Assembly (NCBI RefSeq): GCF_006345805.1
Contig: NC_043007.1
Coordinates: 4,588,001 to 4,652,000 of the forward strand
Direction of reading: 5' to 3'
Length of the DNA stretch: 64,000 nucleotides
Origin: Octopus sinensis
Taxonomy: Eukaryota
Below are positions 38,547 to 52,844 of this stretch, in pieces (the stretch's first letter is position 1; every line of letters starts with the position of its first letter). The notes under the pieces were generated by a model. That model was not told the DNA's origin. It saw only the letters and a list, made by a program, of their open reading frames with translations, and ran no database searches. The translations under genes were made by a program, and so were the position numbers.

Positions 38547-40094
38547 ACCCCAAAGTGTTTTTATTGCATGTGTACCATTTTATTGATTTTTGTAACTTAA
38601 CATAATTCCTAACATAGACATAAGGCTTCAGATTAGGGGTAGCATGGAATCAGTCAATTAAATCAATGCTTGTACTTGAGTGGTGACTTTATCAACCCCC
38701 AAATGATAAAAGGCAAAGTTGACCTTAACAGAATTTGATCACAGAATGCAAAGAGCAGTACCTAAATGACCCCCTCCCCCATCTGAACAGTTTTTATATT
38801 ATGTAAAGCGTAATATGGTAACTGTGGAGATTGGCATGTTATTATGATATCTGTGTCTTGGCATTATTGATATATAAGTATCTTATCTTACCATTATCAA
38901 CATCTCTACTTCAACAATACAAATGCATGTTCTTTTAACAGCCATACATCAAATACAGATTACCAGTTTTATATACATACATATAAATATACACACCTCA
39001 AATCACAATATTTATTTTAAGTGTTTAGTGTCACCATGGCACCATGATCTTTCTAGGTCTGTCCTTAGAAATAGGGAGGTCTAATGTACTTATTATTTCT
39101 CTGCAAGTCGATATCTTCAAGAAAATCATGAGTAGAGACAGAATTGCATTGGGTTGTTGTTCCAGAGAAGAAGGAGTGAGAACAGTGATTGGGGGTTTGG
39201 GTAGGGAGACACAGTTGGGGTTATGAGAGGAGAAGAGACTGATGTGTTGGCTGTGTCGAGGTGGAAGGGACATGCAAGTAACTGGGTCAGAAGAGCAGAT
39301 ACTGTTGTAGTTGCAATGGAATAAACAGAGGCAATAAGCGCTAGGTGAGTGTTTGCCATTTTGATTAAGTCATTTGCAATATAGAACTCTTAAGATATTT
39401 CTCAGTTCACAAAGATCACTAATTGTAAGAATATTGGAATGGGGGGAGGGGGGATAATTATTCAAGTTCCCCTTCTGCATGAAACCAAATTGTTAAGTTA
39501 GCATTAACATACAGAATATAGAGAAACCCCAACCCTCAATACTTCATCCCCAAAATTTATTAAAATTATACACATAATGAGAAAAAAAGACTATTGACTT
39601 AATTATTAATTCTGGTCAAGAAAAACAGGGCAGAAAATACTAGAATTTAATTAAAAATTATTAGTTTTAGTATTCGTAGTAATCCTCTTGATACCTTAAT
39701 CTTGTTGTTGTTGTTTGTAATGCATTTTTGTTTGAATATTGAGACTGCATATCAACCTGAGTGAATATCTACGTTTATTTATCCTATATTATGTCTTTGG
39801 TGGGTATTCTATTATAATTTCAATGTCTTGTGAGTGAAATATTGTAGATGGAAACTGTGTGGAAGCCCCTGGTGTGTGTGTGTGCGTGCGTACATAAATA
39901 TATGTATGCACATATGTATATGCAGGGTGGATCTTTGTCATCCAACAATAAGGATTCAGTTGTTTGATCACCTAAATAAGCTGGTCTTCAGTTAATGAAT
40001 AACTGTTTTAAACCTTCCACAGAACTGTGCAGCCTTTCTGTAATTCTCTGGCAGAATCAGCCTGAAATAGTCAGTGACGTGGCCGTTTCTTTTG

Positions 40095-40472
40095 AAACGT
40101 TAGCGGTATTTCATCTGCCGCTACATTCTGAGTTCAAATTCTGCCAAGGTCGACTTTGCCTTTCATCCATTCGGGGTCGATTAAATAAATACCAGTTACG
40201 CACTGAGGTCGATATAATTGACTTAATCCGTTTATCTGTTCTTGTTTGTCCTCTCTGTGTTTAGACCCTTGTGGGTAGTAAAGATATAGGTATTTCGTCT
40301 GGCTTTACGTTCTGAGTTCAAATTCCGCCGAGGTCGACTTTGCCTTTCATCCTTTCGGGGTCAATAAATTAAGTACCAGTTACGCACCGGTGTCGATATA
40401 ATCGACTTAATCTGTTTGCCTGTCCTTGTTTGTCCCTTCTGTGTTTAGCCCTTTGTGGGTAGTAAAGAAATA
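40095..40472 (+). mobile_element. Tandem dimer of SINE family A
   Basis: Two consecutive ~185-bp units, each with gagttcaaattc..gtcgactttgcctttcatcc..gtgggtagtaaaga. Confidence 0.88.
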
Positions 40473-41724
40473 GGTACATCTGACAGGCTTCCATGAATTT
40501 ATCGTACACTCATTTTCATTCACAAGGGATGGGCTGAGCCAAGGCTATGGAAATTGACACTTGTCCAAGATTCCTCAGAACGGGATTGAACCCAGCATTT
40601 CATGGTTGTAAAACAAACTTAACTATTTGGCCACACAGCACTTAGATACACACACACACACGCATGGATGTGCATGTGTGTACATGTATCTGTACAGTTT
40701 GATACTTATTGATTGGCTCCGTTTTTCACAAGTAACGATTGGCAAATGCTTCTGATAGTTAAATCTGACCTGCAACTTGCTGTAACTTGTTACTTATCAA
40801 TGATCAAACATTAGCCAATAGCTTGCTGTAACTTGTTATCAACCGATAGTACAAATCTGGTCCTTGGCTGTGTAGCAGTGACTATGCAACAACATGGTCA
40901 TGAACATAGTAACTATTTGTGATTTTTGTCAAAATTGTTGCCTTTATTTATCAAAGCTAAAAATCTATAATTTGGCAACATCTGTTGTTTGAGACTAAGA
41001 TCTCTTCTCTGGATTGCTGATTTGTGCTAAAGGTCTAATAGTGTCCATAAATCAAACGAAAATTGAATAGATTTCTTGTTTTCAATGATAACTTTTCTAA
41101 TACACTGTTGTGATTAACATTCATAAACCTCCTCTGCACATATTTTAAATGAATATTAGAAAGTGAATAGTTTCAGGCTGACTTTAAAGCATGAAGCTAT
41201 TATCTGAGACATCATTTTTATAAACAAATTGTTATATAATCATTTCAGTTTTATTATATTTTTTTTAATGGCTTTTCAGTCATTGGAGTGCAACCTTGCT
41301 GGTGCACTATTTCCAATGGTCTTCATTGATCATATTGATTTTGATATCTGTTTCATCCTGGGATTTATTTCATAAAATTTCTATTCATCAGATCACTAAG
41401 TTAGGTGCTTTTTTCTTTATACAAGGGGCACAATTTGACACAGTACATATATACATACACATACATACACACATATACATATATACATACATGCATACAA
41501 ACATGCATGCAACAATCAGTGCACACATGTCAAAATGAGATGGAATGTGCACTCAGTCACACATACACACACACACACACACATGTATACATACATGTGT
41601 ATATAAACATACACACATATATGACAATATATTATAAACAAACTAGATACTTTGACAGATTAATATACAGTCTCAATACTCAAACAAAATTACTTTTATT
41701 ACTAATCGCAAGAGTAATGCATCA

Positions 41725-42126
41725 ATAATAATGATGATGATGACGACGATAACAACAATAACAATTATGATAACGATAATAATAATAATATTAACAATAA
41801 TGATAATAATATTAATAATAACAATGATAACGATAATAATAATAATGATAATAATATTAATAATAATGATAATAATATTAATAATAATGATGATAATAAT
41901 AATAATAATAATAACAATAATAATAATAATAATAATGATAATAATATTAATAATAATGATGATAATAATAATAATATTGATAATAATGATAATAGTAATA
42001 ATAATAATAACAATAATGATAATAATATTAATAATAACAATGATAACGATAATAATAATAATGATAATAATATTAATAATAATGATAATAATATTAATAA
42101 TATTGATAATAATAATAATAATATTG

Positions 42127-42155
<29 letters not shown>
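41725..42155. repeat. Interrupted (AAT)n microsatellite with higher-order repeats
   Basis: Recurring aatattaataataacaatgataacgataat blocks. Confidence 0.95.
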
Positions 42156-42157
<2 letters not shown>

Positions 42158-42836
42158 GAAGACAAAAGAGAACCAAGCCAAGGAGTCAACAGAAACAACA
42201 AACCCTGCAATAAATACAACAATAATGATATGTTACCATCTTTCCTGGTGACAACAACACTGACTTGTAAATGACTTCTCAAGATTTCAAGTTTCACTTG
42301 TATCTAGCAAAACTTCCTAGCATTTTTTATTGTTATAAATGGAGCCACAAATAATGTTCTGGTCCATTGCAATTCCACTTATTAATGCACAACCTTCCTT
42401 CATCTCTATACAAAAATATATATATTCTGTGTTGCAACAAAAGGTTTTTTATCCTTTTATGTTTCCCAATTCTTTGGATTCATGGCTAAAGCCTTTTGGT
42501 ACATCCTAGTAGCATCATCTCTCTCTCTCTTCCATTTATACATTACCATCTCATCCACATGCATTTCAATCATACATTTACAAATTAGATGGAATCCTAC
42601 CTCTGCAAGGACCAATCAAATCTATTACTCCCTTCACTAGACACCATGATCTTCTACCACACATCACACCAAACTACCCCCAACATCTCCCCTTCTCCCC
42701 CCCCCTCTCTCTCGCGTGGAAAATCAATATTCTTTGGTTGCACAAAACAAAATAAAATACTAACATTGAAGAGGATAAGTGGTGGTCTGTGCCGACAAAA
42801 ATCAGTTTAATAAAGTTCCCGAAAGGGAATAAGTTA

Positions 42837-42839
<3 letters not shown>

Positions 42840-42912
<73 letters not shown>
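42840..42912. repeat. (GA)n microsatellite
   Basis: Directly visible. Confidence 0.97.
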
Positions 42913-42914
<2 letters not shown>

Positions 42915-43321
42915 AGCTTCTTTAGATATAACACATCAATAGCAAACATATTTGTTGAAATGAATACAACAAAAAGGAAAAAAAAAGAGGTTAAATACAC
43001 TGAAAGCACTCAAACAACATTTGGACAAAATAAAAGAAACGATTCCATGAATATGCAAGTAATACATAAGAACTATTGGTGAACAATGTCAGATTTGCTT
43101 GAATAATCTGAGTTGATGAGAGTTTTTCAACTCACTGTTTTCTGTGTGAGACCTTAACCTACTTTTTACCTTGGAGGCAATTACAATTACAAATCAGAAC
43201 AAAATGAAACAAAAAAAAGAATCATCCCAAACTCTGCTCCCTTCATCATAAAAGACCAGGTATCATCTATATGTATGTATGCAGGTATGCATTATTTTGG
43301 TATGCATGTGTATGTATATCC

Positions 43322-43600
43322 TCATCATCGCTTAACGTCTGCTTTCCATGCTAGCACGGGTTGGACGATTTGACTGAGGACTGGCGAACCGGATGGTTGC
43401 GCCAGGCTCCAATCTGATCTGGCAGAGTTTCTACAGCTGGATGCCCTTCCTAATGCCAACAACTCTGAGAGTGTAGTGGGTGCTTTTAAAGTGCCACCGG
43501 CACGAGGGCCAGTCTGGTGGTACTGGCAACGGTCACGCTCGAAAATGGTGTTTTTTACGTGCCACCTGCACAGGAGTCAGTCCAGCAGCACTGGCAATGA
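43322..43600 (-). mobile_element. RTE LINE 3' UTR fragment
   Basis: Same family as 5835 and 16561. Confidence 0.82.
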
Positions 43601-43735
43601 CCCCTCGAATACCTTGGTATAATATTATTATTATTATTATTATTATTATCATATATTGGGGGTGCGTATATATGATGGATTCTCCAACCAAGAACAGTGT
43701 ATGAGCTTCTAGTCATTTGATCATCTGAACAACTA

Positions 43736-43772
<37 letters not shown>

Positions 43773-44285
43773 ACATATCACACACACACCCACATACTTG
43801 CATACACAACACTCTGCTGAAGTTTCACATTATCGTTCATAAACTAATAAGATTTTGATTGAGATTTTAATTAAAATAACTTTTTAATTTACAATCAGCT
43901 TCAGAAAATTGATAGCATGAAATGAAGGGAAGGGTGTTCCCAAGGGAGTTCATAGCATAGCAACAGGCAAGAAGAAAGTTTCAGGTATATTGGTAACAAG
44001 AGGATGAGAAAGGTCTTTCCAGGTATTTTATCTCATCTCTTGTGAACAACATTACCATTGGTTACAGATTTAGAACAGGTAAATTGCTATTTTACAGCAT
44101 TTATGATGGTGAGACTGACAAGAAATAATCAGTGTAAATCAGGCAGAATAAATACCTCAAAACTATGTTGCTTTAGAAAAAATTTGTTTTATAGAAAACT
44201 TTCCATGGCATTATTTACAATTTCCATAAATTTGTGAAATGCTTTCTCATACACATGCATACACACACACACACACACACACACA

Positions 44286-44660
44286 GATGTGACAGTGTGG
44301 TTTAAAAGTTTGTTTCCCAACCATATGGTTCTGGGTTCAGTCCCACTCCATAGCACATGCTGTACATGTCTTCTACTATAGCCCTGGGCAGACCAAAGCT
44401 TCTGAGAGGATCTGGTACACAGAAACTAAAACAAGCTCATCAAGTGTGTGTGTGTGTCCGTGTCTTGATATCACATGATAGCTGTAAAGGAGTGTCACTG
44501 TCATACAAGCAGTGTTGTTCATTTCCAGTATCCTGCGAAAGCATGTCTGGCCATGGAGAGATATGACCTTGCTAGAAAACAAGTCAGATTTGGAGACGGG
44601 AGGGGGGTCATCTCGTAGAAAATTTGTCTCAATAAACTTTATCTAACCATCACATGCCAG
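44286..44660 (+). mobile_element. SINE family B
   Basis: cccaaccatatggttctgggttcagtcccact..gtcttctactatagccctgggc. Confidence 0.75.
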
Positions 44661-44679
44661 GGAAAAAAACTAGAAGTAG

Positions 44680-44915
44680 TTTAGCTTCCATTGCCTTGGT
44701 GACCAAGTCAGTAGTAGTGGGGGGGGGGCAGATGCTCTGAGATCATAGCTGCTAGAATAAGAATAGCCTAGGCGAAGTTCAGAGAGCTCCTACTTCTGCT
44801 GGTAACAAAAGGCCTTTTACTCAGAGTGGAAGGTGGACTGTATGATGCATGTGTGTGAACAGCCATGCTACATGGCAGTGAAACATGGGCTGTAACTGCT
44901 TAGGACATGATGAGC
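44680..44915 (+). mobile_element. Internal RTE reverse transcriptase fragment
   Basis: ARIRIA*AKFRELLLLLVTKGL..LYDACV*TAMLHGSETWAVTA; homologous to 10900-11110. Confidence 0.85.
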
Positions 44916-46413
44916 ATGATAGTGTATATTATGGTGTGTGTTTGCCCATGGAAGATCTGATCCATGCAAAAATAAACAAGAAAGGATGATGTTAACAATG
45001 GTGACAGATTTCTGCATGGTTTATGTCTTCCAAACTTCATTTGGAAGTTTTTGAACATCTGAGGCCATAGCAGAAAGCTCTTATTTGAAGCACTTGACAG
45101 TAGGATTGAACTCAGTACCACATGGATGTACAGAGAACTGCTTAAGCACACAACCTTTCCTGCACTCGTAGCAACATGGGATTAGGATGGGGAGGACCTC
45201 AGACCACTGGATGCAGAATGTACCAGGGTTTTCTTTCCAATCTGGAAATCAATTAATCCGCCTAACATAATTATGCTGGAGTAGAGCTAACGAGATCACA
45301 AATAATCATGATCAAGAAATATTATCAGGAACAACCACAGCAACAAATCAAAGAAGTCATTTAATCTACTAGAAATAGCAGCTAACTCTCTCTCTCTCAA
45401 TTTACATTCTGCTGTCTTAAAAAAGAACTCATTGCATAACGGAGCGTTGTATAAACGATGTCATAACTCCAAAAGAATAGAACAGATGTGTTGGTCATGG
45501 CTAGAATGCTTTTGATCATAGATCTATTCAGTCAGGACCAATGAGGAACAAAAAACAATGACCACAACAATGGAACATAACTACAGTAGCCACAGGAATA
45601 ACAACTACAAAAAGGGAGTCTCTCTCTGTTGTTGGTCAATCGATCTACTGGTAAAAAAGAAATGAGTTGGTTTCATCTTAAATGCCTTTGATCGTAGGCC
45701 TGTTCAGTCAATGCTGATCATCTCGGAGTTAAACAACAACAACAATTCAAACTACAAGTTCTCTGAATCAAAACTTTTTTAATAATACTAATAAAAGCTG
45801 ATTGTGATAGGAATCTTTCTGTAGTTCCTATAAAATATGCGTAGACAGTTATATTGTTGACATCACAGACTCTGTGAGTGGCCGGCAGCAGCTGCACCGA
45901 AGCAGAGTCCACAGCAACATCAATAATATTTGCTTACATCAAAATAACAAGGAAACAGAAATGAAGAATGGTAATTGCTAAAAATCCAGACATTTCAGAT
46001 TTTGGAAGTAAACAGGAGGACTTCTAAGATTTGATACATCAATTGTAATGTATGTGTATGGGTGTGTGAAGGGCTGGGGTATGGTGTGTCTGAAGGGCTG
46101 GGGTATAGTGTGTGTGTGTGTGTATAATGCATTTGAATTCACAAACGAGGGAGCAAAAAACTACCTCAATTGAGAATCGGAGTGTAATTACTTATTGTAG
46201 CGCTGTGGCTAGTCAATGTGATAGTATGCCGGGTGCCATCTGGTCTCCCTGCTGATCACAGAACTGAAGGCTTTATTGTAAACCACTGTATTTAGGGTAA
46301 ATATGGGTTGCCTGGGTGGTGAGGGATACAGAAAAAAAGGGGGAAGTCATGGAAGTGAAAAATGAGGATTCAAATGACAATAGAAAAAAAAGAAGTAGTC
46401 ATATACATATAAA

Positions 46414-46682
46414 CAAGACTGTGGAGTTGGAACAAAAGACTCTGACTCTGACCCCTGTACTATTGGCTCCTCCGACTCTGATTCTGACTCCTCTTTATGT
46501 AATCAAGTGATTGTGGTCTACATATCTCATAAAGCATGTGCATACGCTTGTACTTTGAGTAGGTCTACATGTTATAACTGGTTTATATCAAAGACTAAAG
46601 ACATTCTGAGTTGGGGTCAGCATAGTTTTACAGACTCCAACTCCAGTTACCCATTGTTTCTGACTCTGACTCCACAGCCCAG
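46414..46682. mobile_element. hAT-type MITE with an 8-bp TSD
   Basis: TIR caagactgtggagt/actccacagcccag, internal gactct/gactcc repeats, and TSD catataaa at 46406-46413 and 46683-46690. Confidence 0.85.
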
Positions 46683-47587
46683 CATATAAATATATAAACA
46701 TTAAAATTAGTAATAAAACATTAAAACTATTTGATGGACTCTCGTTGATTTTGACATATGAGGATCTGACAACCTACACTTTCTTTGTTATAATGTTTCA
46801 GGGTCAATAAAATAAGTACCATAATTCTATCTGGATCCGCAACTATTTTCTCCATTTCATCCTCCCAATAGCTCATCCTTATCACATCTCTCTTTTACCA
46901 ACTGCTTTACAATCTTAAACACCTCTCTCTTATCCTCCACTGAATCCATACACCCTCGAAATGCTTTCCTTTATACCTCTGCTCCCTATTTTTCTGGCAG
47001 CCTCCTCAATTACCTTGTACCATTTCATGTTCTACTGTTTCTGTCATTGCAACCCTTGCCCTCTTCACTCTCGAAACCTCTTCCTCTTCCCATCAATTTT
47101 ATTTTTCCCCCCCACCTTTGTCCTCCCATCACCATTTTCCCAAGTTTCTTCATGGTCCTCTTATCTACTCAACTCTTAACAAACTCTACCATTCTCGATT
47201 CCTCTCCTAGGCCTCCCCCACTGTCGCCTCTTTCAGCCTCCAGACCTTTAGCCTTGGTTGGCATTCCCTTTACCAGGCTCCCTTCCTATTGTTCGGGCTC
47301 AGCTAAAAAACAATCAAATAAATTTAGCACCATCATCGTTTGAATCTCCACTTTTCCTTGTTCGAATGGGTCTCACAAAATTTGTTGGGGCAGATTCTCT
47401 ACAACCAGATGCCCTTCCTTTCATCAATCCTCACCTGATTTCCAACAAAATAATATTTCCCCCCTAATCCTTCAGACATGAACAAGTACAAAGGCCAGAC
47501 ATATTTTCTTGGAAGATTACAAACTAACAAGACTGCTTTTATGATGATAATGTCTACTTACAATTAGTGTGTGGTACCAAGTCAGGG

Positions 47588-47632
<45 letters not shown>

Positions 47633-48248
47633 GTACCTAAAGAGACTAAAATCTAAAATATCAATTAATAAATATGAACAGTAAACAATTTCCAATTCAT
47701 TGCAAAGCTTCTAATTTGCTGCATGGAATTCAGTGTTTATGATTCCATAAATAGCAACAATTTTGATTTCAGGCAGACTCAATATCCATTGCCTTTCAAC
47801 TTTATATACTAATGGCTGGTGCTATTTAGCATCCATGCTGTTGGTTTTGCTCCTTAATAGAATAAAGCGTACTTGAAATCTAGAGAGAAATTAGGCAGTT
47901 TTTGTTAAGTTCCATTATAGAGTGAGAGTGTGTGCATGAGTGTTATTTTATATATGTGGTTGGATTGGTGACTAAACTAAAATTGATTTCTGATTTTGGC
48001 AGAAGACCAGCAGTTTCAAGGGAGGGGTAAAATTAATTCTATGAACCCCAGTAATCAACTGGTACCTATATTATCAATCCCCAAAGGATAAAAAGCAAAG
48101 TCAACCTCAGCGGAATTTCAACTCAGGGTACAATCTGGTGTGCTTAATGTTTCTGCCAGCTCACATCCTTAACAATTTAAACAAATATTTAGGGACCTGC
48201 AATGTCATATGAGTGTACAAGGTAGCAATATTAAATATAGATATTATC

Positions 48249-48365
48249 AACCCAGGTTCGAAATTTCCCCAAGACACCTGATGAAGGCTGGAAGTTATAT
48301 CAGCCAAAACGTTGTGTTAACAACAACCAAGATGAGGACAAATATCCGCCAAATGTAAATAATGT
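48249..48365 (+). mobile_element. Solo hammerhead tail of the tRNA-HHR family
   Basis: AAGACAC CTGATGA AGGCTG..CAGCC AAAACGTT GTGTT at 48271-48318; core G>A substitution. Confidence 0.78.
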
Positions 48366-48443
48366 GTCAACAAAGTCACAATTATTTTTTAACTTGTGAA
48401 CAATATGGTTGAAGTCTTAAATGTTAACATCTTTTCTTAACAC

Positions 48444-48818
48444 TATTTACATTGGATGGACAGGTGTTCTCACCTTGTTTGTTGTTACCACAACATTTCG
48501 GCTGATGTACTCTCCAGCCTTCATCAGGTGTTCTGGTGGAATTTCGAATCCAACTCTTTATTTGACTAACTCACAGATTCTGAGTTCAATCTCAAGCAGA
48601 GACTTGAAAAAGTAACATCAGCAAGAAAGAATACCTTAAGCATGAGAAGAGAAGACCCTATTAGTCAAATAAAGGATTGGGTTCGAAATTCACCAGGACA
48701 CCTGATGAAGCCTGGAGAGTACATCAGCCGAAATGTTGTGGTAACAACAAACAAGAAGGGGACACCTGCCCATCCACTGTAAATAATGTACATAATTCCT
48801 CATCTCTAAAATATAGAA
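48444..48818. mobile_element. Inverted-repeat copy of a tRNA-HHR subfamily
   Basis: Arms ~48444-48569 and 48661-48785; HHR motifs at 48487-48532 (-) and 48696-48742 (+); B-box remnant in the spacer; same one-sided tail as 11165-11818. Confidence 0.82.
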
Positions 48819-50634
48819 TGGTATTATCTTTTTTGAAATAAAGTATGGATGGTCAGAGCTGAAACACGAATCAGGTTGTAGAAAATCTGCTTCAACAAAT
48901 TTTGTTTGAGTCATGGAAGCAGTGGAAAGTGGCCCTTAAAAGGATGAGATGAATAAAGGATGTCACAAGAATGGGTATGGAGTTCACTTCATAACCCTGG
49001 GGCTTTTGAATTCTATCTCAGTGTGGCACATTGGGCAAATGTTTTTTTGCAGTAGCCTTAGACCAGATAATGCTTTGTGAATGAAATTGGTAGATGGAAA
49101 CTGTATATCAATGTGTGTGTGTGTGTGAATGTTTGCATTCTGTGTCTTTTCATGAAACCCATCTAAGCAGAAACAATGATGTTATGCTTGTATTTTCTGG
49201 TAACAAACCATCCTTTGGCTCTGAACTTTAGAAGACATGTGGAATTAAAAAAAAAAAGAAATACCTTACTTGAAAAGCAGTTAAGGGTTAGTGACAGGAA
49301 AAGCATCCTAACTGCAAAATAATGCCTCAGGAAAAATTACCTTAACAAGAAATGAAAGAGAACTGCTTGAGCATTTCTTCATAATGTTTGCCTGGTTAAG
49401 TCTGCATATATATACCGAAGCATTAGCTCAGAGAAAATCTTTAAAATCAATAGAACTTAAAGCAAATTTTGTCATTTAATGATAAGCAGTCATAGAAAAG
49501 TAACATTATTTATGAATTCACTTGCCATAAGACAGTTGCCAAAATACAAATTTGGCCTCCATCAGTGATTCTTAAACAAATCATAGCAGACTTCTTTCTG
49601 TTTTTTTTTTTTTTTCTCATTCCTGTGCTAGGCATGATGACAGCTTCCACACACCTAATCACTACTTGTAATTCCAAATTAGGCCGAGAAATCTTGATTG
49701 GCAATAGGATAATCCTATGGAAATTCAAACACCAAAATAACCAGAAGATTGCTGTAGCAGTCCTTGTTAATTTTAAATATTACATTCTCATTTGCCAGAC
49801 AGCTGTTTGGTGTACACTGACTCCATGTATATATAATGCCATCTGGCATACATGCTGAGATATTCCAGACACAATAGATTAAGTATTCATATTGCCATTA
49901 GAACCAACATTGATTTTTATTGCTTTCAGCAGCTTCTAACTCCTGCCCCACTTCTTTTCCTTTTCCTTTTTTCCCTTTCTTTTTGTTATTATGATGGTTT
50001 TACTTCAAATCAAATTCTTGATAATGGCTGTGAACCCATTTAAACATTGGATGTAACATAGTTTATTAGATTTTTAAAAAAAATTTTCTTTTCTTTGAAG
50101 ATTCAAGAAATATGTCAGAATTTCAAAGAAAAACCAATATGAAATTTCTCAAAATGACACACACACACAAACACATGTGTGTGTGTGTAAATTGTAGAGA
50201 GAGAGAGAGAGGTTATGTGTATAAGTATGCATATACACACATATATATACTAGACTAATCTTAAGAGTGTGTGAATTATGATAATGATGGAATTTAAGTC
50301 TGTTATATTTATGAAATTAGAATCATTATAATAACATAGAAACTACATAAAAGCAGAAATAATTGAAAAAATGGCACAGAGAGAGAAGCATAAAAGCCGT
50401 CATTATTGCAGTGTTGTTTTGTGTGAAATACCATCTTTTAAAATTATTGACACAATTTTTAAAAAAATAATTACAAGCAAATAAATGAAGGCAAAAATAC
50501 AATTCTTTTGACAATTATTTGGATAAGACTTTATGTCTGAATGTTTTTAAATATACATGTCATAATATTTTACGCATGGGTGTATATTCAAACGTATGCA
50601 TTCATGCGTAAATATGTGTATACATAGATGCACG

Positions 50635-51020
50635 AATGACTTCCAAATCATCTGGTTCCAGGTTCTGTCCTGTTGCTTGGCACCTGGGGCAAATGTCTTC
50701 TGGGCTCACCAAAGGCTTGTGAGTGAGGAAACAAGAAGAAGCCTCTTTATTTATATATGTATATAGATGTGTATGTGTGTGTGTTTTAGTCTTGTTGCTC
50801 TGACATTGTATAATGGTTGTAAATGCATGTCACAGTCATGGCAATTAGTATCCTTCGTTTAAAATCTTCCATGAAAACATGTCTGGTCATGGGGAAATAT
50901 TACTTTGCTTAAGGACAGGTGAGGGTGGGTGACAGGAACAGCATTTGGCTGTAGCAAATGTACTTCAACTAACTTCCTTCCAGTCCATGAGACCATGGAA
51001 AAATGGATGTTAAAGTAATG
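50635..51020 (+). mobile_element. SINE family B, diverged
   Basis: ggttccaggttc..ggcacctggggcaaatgtcttct..gaaaacatgtctggtcatggggaaatatt. Confidence 0.7.
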
Positions 51021-52287
51021 GTGGTGATCTTCTTTATGCACACATGTACCGTTATGTGAAAGTACTTGAGTACCTCAGTCAAAGACCATTCGTTTTGTAT
51101 CGATCAGATATAAGAACTGAAATCAATTGAATTCCATAAATATTGTACCATTTCTCCTGGATTCTATTTTGTTATGTAAATTAATAAAGTTTGAAATGTC
51201 GACACTTTAGGAATTTTATGCACAATTCTTGTCATGATCATCTGTAAGTTTGAAGTATTGTATCCATCTTAATTTAAAATAAAATTCTGATGCAAAAAAG
51301 GGAATTCTGTTAACGAGAGTTGCTAATTGATTATAAATGTTATAATTAGTTTCTGTTTTCACTTGATTAGACACACGTTAAACAAACCTCGAGAGGATAA
51401 CTTGTCTTTTATTTTTTACTTGTTTGAGGCATTTGACTGTGACCATGCTGGGGCAACATCTTGAATTTGTAATAATATGAGAGTTTTATAGTTTCAATAT
51501 GTTCCGTGTTGATCTCTAGATCAAAGCACTTTAAGTGACCAAGTCTTGACATTGGTTAATTGTTTTCTAAGATTTAAAAATCAGACACACTCATTAAAAG
51601 CTCATAAGCACTCATAAGTAATTTACTAATGAAATTTTTGTTTCGTTTCTCTCATTGCAGGAATGAATGCCAACTGATGAGTTTGGGAAACCAGTGAAGA
51701 GGAAATGACAGTAAAAGAGCAGAAGAGGAACACTGTAAAAGAGAGAAGAAGAGGAAGAAGAGGAGCAACAGGACAGGTTGGAGGGAAATAATTGTGGCCT
51801 GAATGGTACAAAAGGAGGAGAAGCTAGAAGAGAGAGAGAGAGAATGAGTGAAGTGGTCAAAGGAGGAAAATGGAAGAATGAGAGAGAGAAAAAAAGAAAG
51901 AAAGAAAGGACTGAGTTGAGAGATGTGGAGTGAAGGGAGAGATATAAGAGAGGTGAAGGAGATAACTGAGCAGTGAAGGAAAATAATGTGGTATGTTGTA
52001 AGCCATTGGATCCTGGGTGGTGCTTTTTTTGTCTGTCTTCATTCAATGTCTGTAGAAGAAAGTCCGCTTGGTCATATTCATCCCCCATTCCACACCTAAG
52101 AATAGTTGAAGTCACCATTGTGTCTCATAAAAAACACCAGTTAAACACCACTGGCCCCTGCTTACAAAGACAAACTACACCATGCTCATGTCACCTATTT
52201 CTGCCTGATGGTCTGGGATATTCAATATATGGCCGTGGACATAACAGAATAGTACTTCAGTAACAAGGGACATACTATATGCTCTTT

Positions 52288-52422
52288 ATTTACTTTTGAC
52301 AGATATTTGTCAATCATCTTGTTTGTTGTTAACACAACATTTCGGCTGATATACCCTCCAGCCTTCATCAGGTGTCTTGAGGAAATTTCGAACTTCAGTT
52401 CTCGTTCCTAAGTATTTTTCAA

Positions 52423-52472
<50 letters not shown>

Positions 52473-52828
52473 TATTATTATTATTATTATTCCAGTCACT
52501 GCCTGGAATCGAATTCACAATCTTGGGGTTAATAGCCTGCGCTCTTAACCACTACACCATATGCCCATGGGCATAGTGGTTAAGAGTGCGGGCTACTAAC
52601 CCCAAGATTCCAAGTTCGATTCCAGGCAGTGACCTGAAAAATGATGATAATAATAATATAATAATAATAATAATAATATCAAAAAATACCTTAGGAATGA
52701 GAACCCAGGTTCGAAAATTCTCCAAGACCCTTGATGAAGGCTGGAGGGTATAACAACAAACAAGATGAGGACAAATATCTGTCAATTGTAACTTATGTAC
52801 ATAATTCCTCATCTCTTAAATATAGAAC
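52288..52828. mobile_element. Palindromic tRNA-headed hammerhead element
   Basis: Same layout as 11165-11818. Left-arm HHR at 52331-52378 (-) has intact CTGATGA and GAAA; the right-arm HHR is partly deleted. Confidence 0.85.
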
Positions 52829-52844
52829 TGTGTATGTTCTTTAC

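Noticed and set aside
41358-41396. Minus-strand CTGATGA ATAGA..TTTAT GAAATAAATC
   Set aside because: No stem I; lies in a degraded SINE tail and is likely chance in AT-rich DNA.
41673-42213. Poly-Ile and poly-Leu ORFs
   Set aside because: AAT microsatellite.
51670-51698. CTGATGAGTTTGGGAAACCAGTG
   Set aside because: No room for stem II, and the triplet GUG is not NUH.
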